Source: Monocercomonoides exilis PA203 (lineage: Eukaryota > Protista > Preaxostyla). From it: a stretch of DNA of 64,000 bases. Of the stretch, positions 12,048 through 25,613 are shown piece by piece. Under the pieces are notes generated by a model, which searched no databases, had not been told where the DNA came from, and was given only the letters and a program-made list of their open reading frames with translations. Location of the stretch: contig LSRY02000018.1 of NCBI GenBank assembly GCA_001643675.2, positions 1,533,599 through 1,597,598 of the forward strand, read 5' to 3'. Both the position numbers and the translations under genes were made by a program. The number at the start of each line of letters is the position of its first letter. Positions within the stretch are counted from its first letter, which is position 1.

Positions 12048-14216
12048 ATGTCTGATCTTCATATTCTTTTCAATCCAAAGACTGTTGCTTTGATTGGAGC
12101 CAGTGAATCAGTTGGTGTTGGGCGCACAATGATGTCAAACCTTATGAAATGCTCATTTGGTGGAACCATTTATCCCATCAACCCAAAACGTGATACCATC
12201 CTTGGAGTGAAGTGCCACAAATCAGTGAAGGAATTGGAAAAGGGTTCAGTTGACTTGGCAATTATTGCAGTCAATGCCCGTTTTGTTCCTGGTTCAGTGA
12301 GAGATTGCGCTGAAATTGGGGTGAAGACTTGCATCATTGTTTCTGCAGGTTTCGCTGAAATGGGAGAGCCAGGTCGCGCATTGGAACGTGAAATCATGTC
12401 CATTGCAAAACCAGTTGGAATGCGCATTGTTGGTCCAAACTGTCTTGGATTGATGTCCAGCTCAAGCGGATTGAATGCAACCTTTGCTGCTGACATGGTG
12501 AATGACGGATCAGTTGCATTCTTTTCACAATCTGGTGCTCTTTGCACATCTGTTTTGGACTACAGCAAACAAGTTGGATTTGGATTCAGCGCATTCGTGA
12601 GCGTTGGTTCAATGCTTGATGTTGACTGGCCAACTTTGATTGATTACTTTGGAAATGATGAGAAGACATCAGCAATCTGCATTTACATGGAAACTGTCGG
12701 AAAAGCCAAGCCATTCTTGGAAGCCTGCCAAAGAGTTAGCAAGAAGAAGCCAATCGTTGTTATTAAAGCCGGCCGTTCTGCAGCAGGAAAGAAAGCTGCT
12801 TCATCTCACACCGGTGCACTTGCAGGTGCTGATGAGGTTGCAGATGCAGCATTCGAAAGAGCTGGCGTCCTTCGTGTTGTTGAAATCGCTGATCTGTTCG
12901 CTCTTATGGAGATGCTCAACAGCCAGCCAATGCCAAAGGGCAAACGTCTCACAGTTGTGACAAATGCTGGTGGCCCAGGTGTACTGACTACTGATTCGTT
13001 GTATGTTGGAGGAGGTGAGCTTGCTCCAGTCAGCGACGAAATGATGGCCAAGTTCAATGAATTCTTGCCAGCTGCATGGTCTCATGGAAACCCCATCGAT
13101 ATTCTTGGAGATGCTCTTCCAGATCGTTATGAGAAGACTGTCCGGCTTTCAGTTGAAGATCCAAATGTTGATGCCATCCTTGTTATCTTGACTCCACAAG
13201 ATATGACCGATCCAACAGCCACAGCTGAAGCCCTGAAACAACATGCCAAGTGCGGTAAGCTGTTCATGTGCTCATGGATGGGAGGCAAAGAGGTAGCAAA
13301 AGGAACACAAATCCTGAGAGAGGCTAAGATTCCAGTCTTCAACTACCCCGACCAGGCTGTCCGTGTATTCAACTATCTCCACAGCTATGGAAAACAGATC
13401 ACAAAATTGGAAGAACCAACACTTGCCACTCCAGAGCTTGGCTTTGATCTCGCAAAAGCAAGAGAAGAGGTCAGACAGATCTACTCAAATGCTCTTGAGA
13501 AAGGAAGAACCATCCTTTCAGAATACGAATCAAAGAAGATTCTTGCTGCCTATCACATTCCAGGAGGACAAACCGAATTGGCTCTGTCTCCCGATGAAGC
13601 AGTCGAAGCAGCAAAGAAGATTGGCTTCCCAGTTGTGATGAAAGTCCACTCTGAAACAATCACCCATAAATCAGATGTTGGTGGCGTGAAGTTGAACATC
13701 AAGAACGAGGAAGAAGTGCGCGCTGCATTCAATGAAATCAAATCCAACGTCGCACGCAACGCAAAGGAGAGCGATTTCCTCGGATGTGTTGTGTTGCCCA
13801 TGATCACATTGAAGGATTCATACGAAGTTATCCTCGGTGCCAATGTTGACCCACAATTCGGTCCAGTCATCTTGTTCGGATTGGGAGGTGTTCTTGTCGA
13901 AGTGTTCAAGGACAAAGCATTGGGACTTGCTCCATTGAACAAGACCTTCGCCCGCTCAATGTTGGAGAAAACAAAAATCTTCCAGGCATTGAAAGGTGTC
14001 AGAGGAAAGAAGCCAGTTAACATCGATGAGCTTGTTGACATCATCATCCACTTCTCACAATTGCTTGCTGACCACCCATGGATCTCAGAGTTCGATATCA
14101 ACCCAATGCTGTGCTCACCTGATGGAATTCTTGCTCTTGATGCTCGTATTCTTATCTACAAGAAGGCTGAACACAAAGAAGAGGAACTCCCTCACACTTG
14201 CATCCCAGTTCAGTAA
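12048..14216 (+). CDS. Acetyl-CoA synthetase (ADP-forming), fused alpha/beta (CoA-binding, SCS-like and ATP-grasp domains)
   Basis: Motifs IVGPNCLG, FSQSGA, SHTGALAG (phospho-His), TNAGGPG, NPIDILGDA, HKSDVGGV, DINP and LDARI. Intronless ORF, ATG at 12048. Confidence 0.93.
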   Translation: MSDLHILFNPKTVALIGASESVGVGRTMMSNLMKCSFGGTIYPINPKRDTILGVKCHKSVKELEKGSVDLAIIAVNARFVPGSVRDCAEIGVKTCIIVSAGFAEMGEPGRALEREIMSIAKPVGMRIVGPNCLGLMSSSSGLNATFAADMVNDGSVAFFSQSGALCTSVLDYSKQVGFGFSAFVSVGSMLDVDWPTLIDYFGNDEKTSAICIYMETVGKAKPFLEACQRVSKKKPIVVIKAGRSAAGKKAASSHTGALAGADEVADAAFERAGVLRVVEIADLFALMEMLNSQPMPKGKRLTVVTNAGGPGVLTTDSLYVGGGELAPVSDEMMAKFNEFLPAAWSHGNPIDILGDALPDRYEKTVRLSVEDPNVDAILVILTPQDMTDPTATAEALKQHAKCGKLFMCSWMGGKEVAKGTQILREAKIPVFNYPDQAVRVFNYLHSYGKQITKLEEPTLATPELGFDLAKAREEVRQIYSNALEKGRTILSEYESKKILAAYHIPGGQTELALSPDEAVEAAKKIGFPVVMKVHSETITHKSDVGGVKLNIKNEEEVRAAFNEIKSNVARNAKESDFLGCVVLPMITLKDSYEVILGANVDPQFGPVILFGLGGVLVEVFKDKALGLAPLNKTFARSMLEKTKIFQALKGVRGKKPVNIDELVDIIIHFSQLLADHPWISEFDINPMLCSPDGILALDARILIYKKAEHKEEELPHTCIPVQ

Positions 14217-14844
14217 AGCTTTTATTAATATATGTTTGTTTCTGTTGCCTACAAATTCTGTTTTTCGTAAAGATAACGTTTTGAAGTTTTGGATAGGAAT
14301 TTTCATATGTTTTTACATTCTTTTCATGACTTTGAATAGTTACTCGTTTGTATTTATATGTTTTCCGTTCATTCAAAGAGTATTTTCTTTGTTGTATCTT
14401 TTGAAATGAATTGATTGATTCTTTTTGAAAGACATTTTCATGAAAATATTCTTTTTAATAAAACACTCCTTTATAATTGCAAAAAAAATTTTTTTATTAG
14501 AATATTCCTGCTGAAAAAATCAAAAATAAAATGAAGTCGTTTTGCAGCGCTTCTAAATTGAATAAAAGATATTTTCATGAACTTTTGATTTGCAAAAAAA
14601 TAATTAATAAAGTTATAATAAAATCAAATACTATCAATTTAAAAGAGAAAATAATAAATACAGTTGTCAAATCCCAAGAGATAAACAAAAATTGAATATT
14701 CATAATATGTCTTGAAATTTGTTATTCATTTTTTCGAATACAAAGTTTAACCTTTGTTTTTAACATTTTTTAATTTTTTATATCAAAAATTTAATTTGGC
14801 ACAATAAAACCCATTAATAGATTTTAAAGACAAAAGACCGTTTC

Positions 14845-15193
14845 ATGAGTAAGAGGCCAAGTAAGCTTCAAAACTATTCAGCAAATCAATTTGAGCAATC
14901 ATACTCCCCTCACAGACTTCAAAATTGGAGACAGCCATTCGAAAAGGAGGGAATTGTCTGATTATTAATTTATTGTTTCCTTTTGCAATTTTCTTTTTCA
15001 GGAACCAGGAAAAACATTTGAACGTGTGAAACCTGCAAAGCCAGATGGAACACCAGATTTTATCTGCGATGATAGAGGACATTTATTTGCAGATAAAAAG
15101 CCAAAAACTCGCTCAATGGAAAGAACTGCATTTGTTAAAGCTCCTGAAACAGGAACTGTTGGATTTAATTTCACAGCAGTTGGTTATACATAA
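14845..15193 (+). CDS. CFAP126: Flattop/CFAP126-like ciliary protein, 100 aa; exons 14845-14955, 15002-15193
   Basis: Spliced translation contains NYSANQFEQSYSPHRLQNW and FICDDRGHLF, matching the Flattop motifs NYSANQYE...LQNW and IANDRGHL. 46-nt GT-AG intron. Missed by the ORF track. Confidence 0.8.
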
Positions 15194-16052
15194 ATTTAAT
15201 ATTTTCTTATGGATGCATCTGCGTTCTAGCTTTTTCGTTTGACATCACGTTTTCAACACTTCAATTTCATGTTTCTCTCTCTGAACCTTCAAACTTTTTA
15301 TTCTTTTCAATTTCATTGTTCACATTACATGTTTCGTGTGAGTATGTTATGTATATGCACCAATAATTTCTCATCACATTCATTTTAAATATAAAAGGAA
15401 ATAATTGAATCTTTTCACATAATAATTGTTTCTTTTGTTATTGGAATATTTGTTTCGACATAATTCTTTCAAGAAAATAGGCGCTTCAATATGAAAGTTA
15501 TTTGTTCGTGTTTTGATGACAATTCAAATGTTTTGGTTTGTGCGATGCCCAACAATGAAAAAAACACTAATTGAATTAAATTGAACATCATTTTCAAGTT
15601 TGGATTTAAAAAAAAATACAGAAAATCATATTCGTGAAAACTATCCTTCAAATGGTGAAGAGCAAGTTTTATTTTGTTTGATTGAAAATGAAATTTTTTT
15701 TGATTATTTTTTTGTGAATAAATTGTTCATAAAAATTTTGTGAAAGCACTTCATTGCAATCATTCATACTCATCAAAGTTGCTATGAACTTTATAACAAA
15801 AAAGCAAACAAGTTGGAAAAAAATTTGATTTTTGTTTATGATTTGTTGTTCATTTTCATAAAATCAGAATTTTTTGTTTTCTCTGTTTCGAAATAAATTT
15901 AAAACATGACTTGAATTAAACGAAATGAAAATTGAAATAACTCAATTAAAACATTTTGTCAAACAAAACTCAAACGAATCAATTTCATAAAGAGAATTTT
16001 TAGCAAATCAATGAGAACAGTTAATAGTGGAGTTTTTAACTTCATTTTGTTT

Positions 16053-18506
16053 TCATGTTGAAATGTGTTGGAGATCTCTAGTCAGATGATGCAATAGAAC
16101 ATGAAGGACAAACGATGGTGAAGGAGAAAAGAAAGATTGAATATGAAGTGTTGCTCTCTCAAACGCAGCGCGAAGTGATCGGATGATGTTCTGTCATTCA
16201 AAACAAGGGGGAAAAGCATTATTAAATTTTGGTTAAAAAAAAAAGAAAGAAAAATTTTTATTGAAGTTCCTAAGTAAATATGATGAAGAGGCAAACCTGA
16301 TTTAATGGCAGATACATGTTCTTTTCAGCTGCAGGAGATTCCGCAGAAGAAGAGCTGCCGGCAAAGCTATTCTGCGCAGCAGGCACTCTGTGGAATGACA
16401 GGCACGAGCACACTTCGTATTTCCACTTGATTGTCGCAGAGTCAGTCGAAGCAGCCGATGCAGAACGTGCAAAAGAAGAAGGGAAACTCCCAATCATCTG
16501 AAACACCTTCGAGCAAAACTGGCAGTTGTGAAGGCATTTCGTCTCCGAGCGGCTGAATGAGTCGTCTCCAGACTGAATTTCGTGTGGCGTCAGAGTTGTA
16601 CAGAATGTTGCTCTGTTTAATGCTGCCATCGCTGCTGCTGGCTCTTCAGACGCAAGAATCGTGTTTCTGCGCTCTCTCCACGCTTCCTCTTGCTCTTGCC
16701 ACACTTTTTCTCTGGCTTCTTCTTCTTCTTTCTCCCTCTCCTTCTCTTTCTCTTTTTCATTTTCATTTTCATTCTCTTTAACCTTTTTCTCTTTCTCATC
16801 TTTGCAATTGCCATCTTCATTCTTCTCCTCTTCTGCTTCCATTTTGTGTTCGTTCTTTTCATTTCGCATGTCACTCAGTCTGCTGGCGCCTTCTTCGAAT
16901 GCAAATGGAATAGTGTCTCCTCGTCTTCTGTCCAGCGCCATCGAAACGTGCAAAGACAGAAAGAGAGGAGAAGAAAAGCGCTCTGCTGATTTTGATGACA
17001 TTTGAGAATGCAAAACAGAATGAACCACTTCGCAGACTACAAACGACGATGTCACTTTGAGTGGAAGGCACTGGAAAAAGAGGCTGTGCGAATGAAGGCG
17101 CTCAGAGGAAGCAAGCGAAGAGGGAAGAAGAGTCGAGCTTTCTCCGAATGAAAATGTTGATTTGGGTACATGCACTTCAGTTGGAGCAGTCATTTGCTGT
17201 GTGCCATCTGCAGAAGTCGAAGAAGCAGAAGCAGAAGCAGAAGCAGAGAGAGTTGCTGTTGGCGTTGATTGTTTTGACTGAACACTCAAAACTTCTCCTG
17301 CTTTGCATTCGCTCTTCAGCCGCTTCAGCTCTCTCTTCTGCCTAACAGCTGCCTCAATCTCCTTTCTCGTCTCCTCGTCGCTCTTCACAGCAGCCATCGA
17401 ACTCGACGTCTTCTGCAGCTGCAGTACAATCTTCTGCTGCATTTCCTTCTTTTTGTTCTTTTCTGTCAATTCTTCCTCTGCTTTCCTGAGGGCTGCTTCG
17501 ATCACTTCTTCGTCTTTCTTCAGCAGCTGCTGTGTCAACAAGGCAGACTCTGCCGCCAGCCGAGCAAGTGGAACATCTTCATTCACTCCAGCAACGCCCA
17601 ACAACTTCGTGCGAGGCAGCGATTCAGACGAAGGCGCTTTCTCGTTCTCTTTCTCGTCTGTGTCTGATTGCATGCATTCTTCATTCTCAGCAGAAGAAGC
17701 ATCTGGAAGTGTCTGCAGAAGATTACGTGTTGTCTTTGGTGTCGATAAAATTGGCAGCACTTTTCCTTCTAATGCTGTTGGTGTTGATGCCCTTGACTGC
17801 GACAGTGCGTTTTCCGCATTCTCTGAAGATTCATCTTTTGGCTCTTCCTCAACATCCATTCGATCTTCATGTTTGTCATCTTTCTCTTCCTCTCCGTTCG
17901 TCTGAGAATTTCCATTTTTTTTTGCATTGCTTTCCTCCTTTTCATCTGAAACAGATGCATTCAACTCATCTGATTGCATTCCGTTGTTTTCTTCTGCAAC
18001 TTCCTTTCCATCTTCTCCTACTTTCTCCTTCTCATTCTCATTCTGATTTTTCTTCTCACCCTCCGTCTCCTTCTCCTTCCTCGCATGATCCAATGCAATC
18101 AGGAAGAAGTTCAGTCTGTCGAGTATCTTCTTCTCCTCGGCGCTGCTGTTCTGCCTCAATGGAATAAGCGGTGTAGCCAAGTTCTTCCGCTGGATGATGC
18201 TGCGGCGGAAGTGCAAGTCCATCCACAGCTCGCTCTTCACTGCAATGCTCCCGCCGGCTGCTTTGTCTGCTCCTCTATTTGTGCTTCTGCTGTCTCTCTG
18301 CTCAGCAAGCTCCTTCAGTCGCGCCAAGTTCGCTGCCACTTTCTCTCGGCTTCTTTTCAACTGCTCTTGAACCATCCGCGTCTCAGCAGCATGCAACGCC
18401 GTGGCTTTGAGCTGTTTAATTGTTGAATACACGCCATATCGCTTGACTGACTCTGCAACTGTTAGTGGAATTGGATTTGAAGAAGAAGAAGAAGAAGAAG
18501 AAGAAG

Positions 18507-18537
<31 letters not shown>

Positions 18538-20894
18538 TATGTCTGTTGCATCTTCAGCTTGTATTGTGCTTAATGTTGATGGAACTGTTTTTGGTGAAGG
18601 AAACTGTGGAAGAGGCGAAAAGTGAAATTTGTCAGAGAAACATGGCGAATTTAGTCCGACAAGCTGAGCAGAAAGCTGAATTGGAGAAAGCGAAGAGATT
18701 GAAGTGATGAAAGGGAGGTTGAGATGGGAGGAAAGAGGAGAGGGCACCGGATACATCTCCAACTGAGACAGAATGTTTGGTGGAAGATTATCCGAAGAAG
18801 AAGAAGAAGAAGAAGAAGTTGATGATGCTGATTGCATTGAAACAAATGAATTAGAAGAAGACGCAGAAGAAGACGAGTCTTGTTGTTCCATCAGATTTGT
18901 GCTGCCTTGTTGCATTGCTGTCTCGTCAATGATTGTCGTTGCTGTTTCCTCTGCACCTTCCACGTTTTCAGTGTTCTTCCCCAGCAAAGTGAATCTTTCG
19001 CGCCTTCTTTCGTTTCTTCTCTCCAGCCGCTGGTCATCAACTGCGTCAAAAACTGTGTCCAACTCCTCTTCACCTGATAACTGCTCCGAATTGAGTCTGT
19101 CTTTGACATTCCTCTCATTTGTGCTGTTTTCTTCCTCAGCATCCATTCTGCCTGTTTCCTTCTTCCTTTCTGTCTCCATTTCTGATGCTGTTGAGTCGTC
19201 TCTGCGTGCATGCAACGTGCTGCTTTCCATCGTCATTTGTTGAGTGCGTGCCAAAAACGTCGGTGAAAGCATAGCCACCATTTGCGTGCTGATCTCTCTT
19301 CCTTTTCTGTTAGATGGCACATTTCCAGTTCCTGTTCGATCTGCTCCTTCTTCTGTGTCTTGTCTGCTTTGTGTCAGCTCTGTAGCTGCAGAATGAGAAG
19401 CGCCATTCACTTCACTTTTGTCTTCCTTCTGCTCTTCTTCCATTCCATTCTCTTCCAAACTCTTCTTAGAAGCAAGCGAATCCTGTTGACTTTGCTGACT
19501 TTGCTGACTTTGCTGACTCTGCTGGTTCTGCTGCTGTGTGAGAACGCTGCTGAATGTGAGCGACAGATCGCCTGTGTGTGTGGGTGTCAGCATGAGTGAT
19601 GTGTTTGACGTTGTGTCTGTCTGCTTTCTGCCGCCTTGCTGTGGAGTGCCTGGCTCTGCTGTGCTCAGTCGGTGCTGTTCCAGAATGTGCTCCGGAAGAA
19701 ACGTCGTTTCGCCGCCGAGAAACTCAGTTGCTGTCTGCATTGTGGTCGGCTCGGCGTTTGTGAGAGCGTCTTCTCGTTGTAGTCGCAGCGGAGAAGAAGA
19801 AAAGGCGCTGGCGAAGGCTTCTTGGTTTGGTTCGCTTGATTGTTGTGGCGGACTGCCTGGAAGCTCTTTGGCTTCTTCTGCTTTGTGAAGCTGCACAACA
19901 GATGAAGGATGATTTGTTGCTCCGTTGATGTCGCTAGCTGCATCCACTTCCACGTCCACATCCATAGATGTTCCCAATGTCGTGCTGCCATGATCAATCG
20001 TTCCTGCTTCATCTGTTGTGTGAGAAGTGAATATGTTGCGTGGGAGATATGTTGTGGCATCTAGCAATCCAACATCCACTTCCTCAGTATTCGTGTCTAC
20101 AGGCTGTGTATATCGAGTCATCACACTTTCTGCTTGATATGTTTGTTGAGTTAGAGCAATCACTGTTTGAGGTGTCTGAGGTGTTTGAAGAAAAAGTTGT
20201 TGAGACTGATTTTCAGGTGGAATTGAGGAAGAATTTGTTGATTGATCCGAAGAAATTAATTGAGGTGTTTTCAATGGAGTGCGAGGAGGAGACGGAAAAA
20301 TTTGGTGTAGCGAATTTGAAGGTGAAACGGGTGACTTTTGGAGAACAGAAGATTGAAATGTATAATTTGCAAAAGCAGAAAAGTTTGGAGCAGGTGGAGG
20401 AGGAGGTAACCTTTCGGAAAATGGCTTAGAAGGCAAAGTACTTCCCATTTCTTGATTAGATAACGAAGAATTATTTCCAGTTTCTTCATTGCTTACATAA
20501 TTTCGATTATTGTATTCGAAACCGGAAAGCTGATCAGTTGGTTCTGATAAACTATGCAATAAGGAACATTCATTTTCATCGTTTTCAATATGAATTTTCC
20601 TGCCCAATGCGTTTTCCATATCTTCACGCTCGTGAAATAGTTTTTGTTTTCCATGAGAAATTTCAGCCAGGAGAAGATTTGTAGATGCGTCATCAACTAT
20701 TGAGACGCACGCAATCATAAATAAGAATCAATAATAAATTTTTAAAAAACAAAAACCAGATTTAAAGATAATGTTATAAATAACAGAAAAATATAAATGC
20801 CTTCAATTTCATTGGATTGTTGTGCAGAATTTGTAAGTGCATCTCCATATTTTTTATGTGATGCGTCAAACACTTCTCCCTTTCTGCTATTCAT
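16053..20894 (-). CDS. Large (~1550 aa) S/E/Q-rich disordered plus coiled-coil protein of unknown function; exons approx. 20894-20801, 20696-16297, 16190-16053
   Basis: 4.4-kb open frame. The last intron (LNQ|GTTTGC...GACAG|NIIRSL...) gives a clean stop at 16053. The first exon is joined by a putative GC-AG intron at 20800-20697. Confidence 0.7.
18479..18535. repeat. (GAA)n trinucleotide tract encoding poly-Ser in the minus-strand gene
   Basis: Directly visible. Confidence 0.9.
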
Positions 20895-21332
20895 GTTGTT
20901 CGTTTTGAAATAATAACACGAACAACTTTTTGAAAAACAAATAATTTTAATCATGGGCAATTTGGATCAACATTTTTTTTTTATGAGAATATCAAAAAAT
21001 TAATGATTTTAAATAGTTGGATTGTTCAAATAGAAATAATAAAACGTTCTGTGAAAAACGAGAAAGGAACTCATAGGTTTTAAAAATACAAAAATTTGAA
21101 TAAACAAACCGTTTTTGCAATAGAATTTTTTATCTCAAAAAAAATATGCATTTATCAGCCATGAAATAATAATTATCCTTTGGATAATAGGAAAGAAATG
21201 GAAAGTCGAAATCTCATATTAATGAATTTCGGATTTTTTGTATTCAAAGACTTATTCGTATTTCACACTGAAATTTATTTTAATATGGGAAATAACCCAC
21301 TTTAAATAATTTTAATTGTCCATCCAAAAAAT

Positions 21333-22672
21333 ATGGCAGAAAAATCACTTGATTTTGCTCAATCAACAGTTTTTAAAATTGTAGATGATACAAAACTGAC
21401 AACTCCAGTTGTTCACGGATATGATTTTTCGAAAGGAATCGATTATGATGCACTTTTTTCTTCAATGACCACCACAGGAGCTCAAGCTACAAGCTTTGGA
21501 TTAGCCATACAAGAGGTAAATAAAATGCTATCGTGGAGGCTTTCTGATGATCCTATTGATCCGAATGACGACGATGAATTGGCAAAACCTGAAATTCGAA
21601 AGAATATAAAATGCAAAATATTTTTGGGATATACATCAAATATGGTCTCTTGTGGAACAAGAGACACAGTCAGATTTTTAGCACAGCATAAGCTTGTTGA
21701 TGTTATTGTCACAACATGTGGTGCCATTGAGGAAGATTTGATGAAATGCATGGGAGAATTCCATATGGGAGACTTCCATTTGGATGTATGCAATATATGA
21801 TTATTATTATTATTACTGTATAATTTCTCAAGGGTGCAACACTTAGAGAAGCTTCTTTGAACAGAATTGGGAATATGCTGGTACCCAATTCATTGTATTG
21901 CAAATTTGAAGATTTTATGACACCAATTTTGACGAAAATGCTCGCTGAACAAAAAGGACAAAAAATTAATTGGACTCCATCAAAGCTTATTGCAAGACTC
22001 GGAAAGGAGATAAACAATCCTTCGTCAATCTTGTATTGGTGCTATCGAAATGATATTCCAGTATTTTGCCCAGCAATAACTGATGGTGCTGTTGGAGATA
22101 ATATATTCTTTTTCAATGCACGTAAACCTGGTCTTGTATTAGATCTTGTTGAAGGTTTGAAGAACTTTTCGATATTCAGAAATTCAGAAATTATTTAATG
22201 GAATCGCTATGAAATTGTGATTAATCTGCCAAAAAAAATTTTTTTAGATATTTCCAGAATCAACTTTGAGGCACTTCACGCGAAAAAGACTGGGATGATC
22301 ATATGCGGAGGCGGTGTGATTAAGCACCACATCTGCAACGCGAATCTTATGCGCAATGGGGCAGACTTTTCGGTGTACATCAATACAGGCTCTGAGCTGG
22401 AAGCCTCAGATACAGGTGCTTCGCCTGATGAAGCAAAAAGTTGGGGGAAAATTGCACCTGGTGCGCATCCAGTGAAAGTGTGGGGTGACTTCACTATACT
22501 CTTCCCTCTTCTTGTGTCGCAGACTTTTGCGAAAGCAATTTATGCTCCGCTTTCAGAGAAGCACAAAAGAGAACCAATTGGTATTATTAGCGAAGAGAAA
22601 GAGAAAATTATGGAAAATGAAGATACAACAAAAGCTAAAGAAGATGAAAAAGATGAAAAGAAAAGCAATTAA
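21333..22672 (+). CDS. DHPS: Deoxyhypusine synthase; exons 21333-21785, 21833-22154, 22248-22672
   Basis: Motifs [54 protein letters not shown] and [12 protein letters not shown] (active-site Lys). Two in-frame GT-AG introns. Confidence 0.95.
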
Positions 22673-23111
22673 ATTTTAGTTTCTTATATTCATTACAGCA
22701 ATATTCTGCTTTTTGAAAATTAAAGGAATTGTAAATAAGGAATAGAGTATTTAAAAAATATCATCGATTTACCTTTTTTTTAATGAAAACAAGAACTCTT
22801 TATAATTTCAAATAGATTCAAAATGTTCAATAACATTTTCATTATGAACTGTTATAAAAAAATTAAAAGAAAAAGTTGATCAGGAACACATTCAACATAA
22901 TCTTTTTTTTTTGTTCAAAAATGTGCTCCACGTATGAAAACACAAGCAGAAAGGTCGAAAATGAAGATGCAAGGATAGTGTGGCATTTGTTAAAGATCAT
23001 TTTGATTTTGAAAAATTGTCATTTTCGAATTGCTTTATGAATCATTTTTGTTTTAAATGTTTATGATATAAATTATAAAAATATACAATCTTGATGTTAT
23101 AGAACCTGCCC

Positions 23112-24551
23112 ATGAACGCATTCTTAGGTTTGCTCTTATGCTATATTTCCTCAATTTTTCTACTACAGTTTTCGGAATGAATTGTTCTTTTTCATTCTTT
23201 TCTTTTCTTTTCTTTTTGAAGAATTGATTTCCCAACTGAATGATCATTCTAACGAAGAGCAAAAAGGGATCATAAGCAAAATTAACGAATCACTTGCAAA
23301 AATGAATGAAGAAGTGCTTCTTGAAATTGACGGTAAATTTATATACGATAAAATAGACAAAATGATCGAAGATGAGAAAATATCGATAGAAAATGCACTT
23401 TTATTGTTAAAGTGTATAGGATATTGGGAATTGATGAAAATGTGCAAGTGCCCTTTTTTTGAAAATTATTCGTTGAACATTAGATTGGAAAGGTTGATAA
23501 CTGAAGAATATTTAAAGAAAGAGGATAAGAATGAAAAACTGCTGATTGATCTTTGTGAATGCTATCTTTTAAATCGAAGGGATCATGCTTCAATGAAATT
23601 ATTGAGAGTGTTTTTGCCTTGCCTTTTGAATGCTGCGTTAAACAAAGACGTAAGCGATGAAAATAGAAATGAAGCTGAATTGGCTTTGTTGGCTTTGAAC
23701 AACATTGGCGAAGGCAAAGTTTGTGTTTTGTTTAAATTATTCTATAATTTTTAAATTCAACTTTCATTTTTTAACAGGAGCTGGGAAAAGAATGGTTTCT
23801 GGATGAGATCACTGAAATCATCCAGTATCATCAAGAACATCACAACCTCACCTGCCTTGCTTATCTGTCTGCCTGGCAATTTTTGATGGTCAGGTCATAC
23901 AAATGCATTGATATTCGAAAGGGAATTGTGAATAACCTGCATTTTGTGCGAGAAGCGAAAAGAGAAATTGATGGGCTGGTTAGATGCATCAATTGGAAGA
24001 ACGATGAAAATGAATTGAAAAATTTGACAGAAACATTGATGCTGAAGAAATGGTGTTTTGTTATCGATTATTATTTGCGTTTTTGTGACTTTCAATGCGA
24101 AGAAATCTCATTGATTATCACGAGCCTTGTGAGTTTATGTCGAAGGGCAATGGATAATCATCATAATTTGTTTAATGAATGTATTTATTTGTTCGAAACG
24201 ATGGTGGAAAGATTAAGCGAAAGTGTTATTCATTGTTTGAAAGAAGGCGCATTTAATGTCGCACTTGATGGAGTCCTTCAGCCAACATTAGAGGATTTGC
24301 AAGAGGCAAGCTGCTTGAGATTCTTTTCATTCATTTCTGGAATTTATCAAGGAAAGAGAAAAGACAGAAATAAAAGAGAGGTTGAAGAGCATTATTGGAA
24401 GAAGATAAAACGAGAGATAAACGAAAAGTTGGAGGATGATGGCTTTGAAGATGTTATCGTAAGCTTTTATGGTACGATGCATGAAGAGATTTTCAGTTAT
24501 AGTGTTCCAATGACCCACATCCATGATTATGTATGCTATTTATGTATATGA
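23112..24551 (+). CDS. Alpha-helical (ARM-like) protein resembling a large lineage-expanded oxymonad family; exons approx. 23112-23127, 23222-23718, 23778-24551
   Basis: The two ORF-track segments join in frame through intron 23719-23777. Motifs NEKLLIDLCECYL, VFLPCLLNAALNKD...ELALLAL and EIIQYHQEHHNLTCLAYLSAWQFL. The first exon is tentative. Confidence 0.65.
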
Positions 24552-25613
24552 ATTGTTGAAGGTAACTTAATTATGACGTTGTTTAATTGCTTTTTGCACT
24601 TATAATCTGAATCAAAAAGATAAAATATGTTTTTGTGAAGTTTTCTTCTTATTTATTAAGACTCATGAATAATTTGTTGATTGGATTTATTTGTTACATT
24701 CATAGTACTTGAGAAAATTGAATTCATTATTTGATAAATTGTACATATTGATTTGTTGAGATTAGTTAAAAAATAAAATAAAATAAAATAAAATTAAAAA
24801 AATTTTTTGAGGTGTAGAAACGCATTTGAAATCTGGATGATGACGCTGAAAATAGGGTTCGGTCTTCTTTCCTCATTCAATCTTCTTTGGGGAAATGAAA
24901 TTTCCAAAAAAATTCAAGGTAAATAAAAGAACTGCATTGCTATTGAAGATTTACTAACCACAAAAAAATGTCAAAAAATACCTTTTTTTTTTTTTGAAAA
25001 ATTCTATTTTAACACAGAACGTTTTCCGTTCTTTGAAATTTTGAACAAATATATTTTAAACAATGATAATTTCTTTAATCATAAAATAAAGCAAATTCTG
25101 ATGTGCAGGTAAAGTGCCCATTTGCCTTCAATTCACCTTTTCAAAAATAAACATACAAATATCTTGGTAAATTGAATTAAATTCATTTGATTTAAAGTTA
25201 ACTTTTGAATCTCAAAGTTGAAGCCTCTCAAATTCATCACAAAAAATGAACGAAAAGAGAAAGGAGCAAAATATAATATCACAAACAACCTCTTTGCAGA
25301 GTCAAAATAAAAAGAATGAAATCTCATTTGAAAGAAGCGATGAAACAAAAAATGATAGCCATCAACAAAATCCCTCGTTTCGCTCAAAAATAAAGTGAGA
25401 AGTGCTCAAAGAAACAATGATTCGTTATAAAAAGGAAGAAGTTGAAAATGAAAAATAAAAAGTAGTCCTCAACAGAAAATAACTGCAAACTTCACTTCAA
25501 CAGTCATCATAAAAATACATGAATTAAGCATTCAATTTACAAATTTTTTAATCCAATCCAATTTATAACAGTCCTGGAAAAAATAAAAAGAAAAAATCTT
25601 TTGTGCAAACAAC

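Noticed and set aside
16053-20894. Large disordered/coiled-coil protein as kinetochore KNL1
   Set aside because: The architecture is loosely compatible, but no clear SILK/RVSF or MELT motifs are visible. It needs a profile search.
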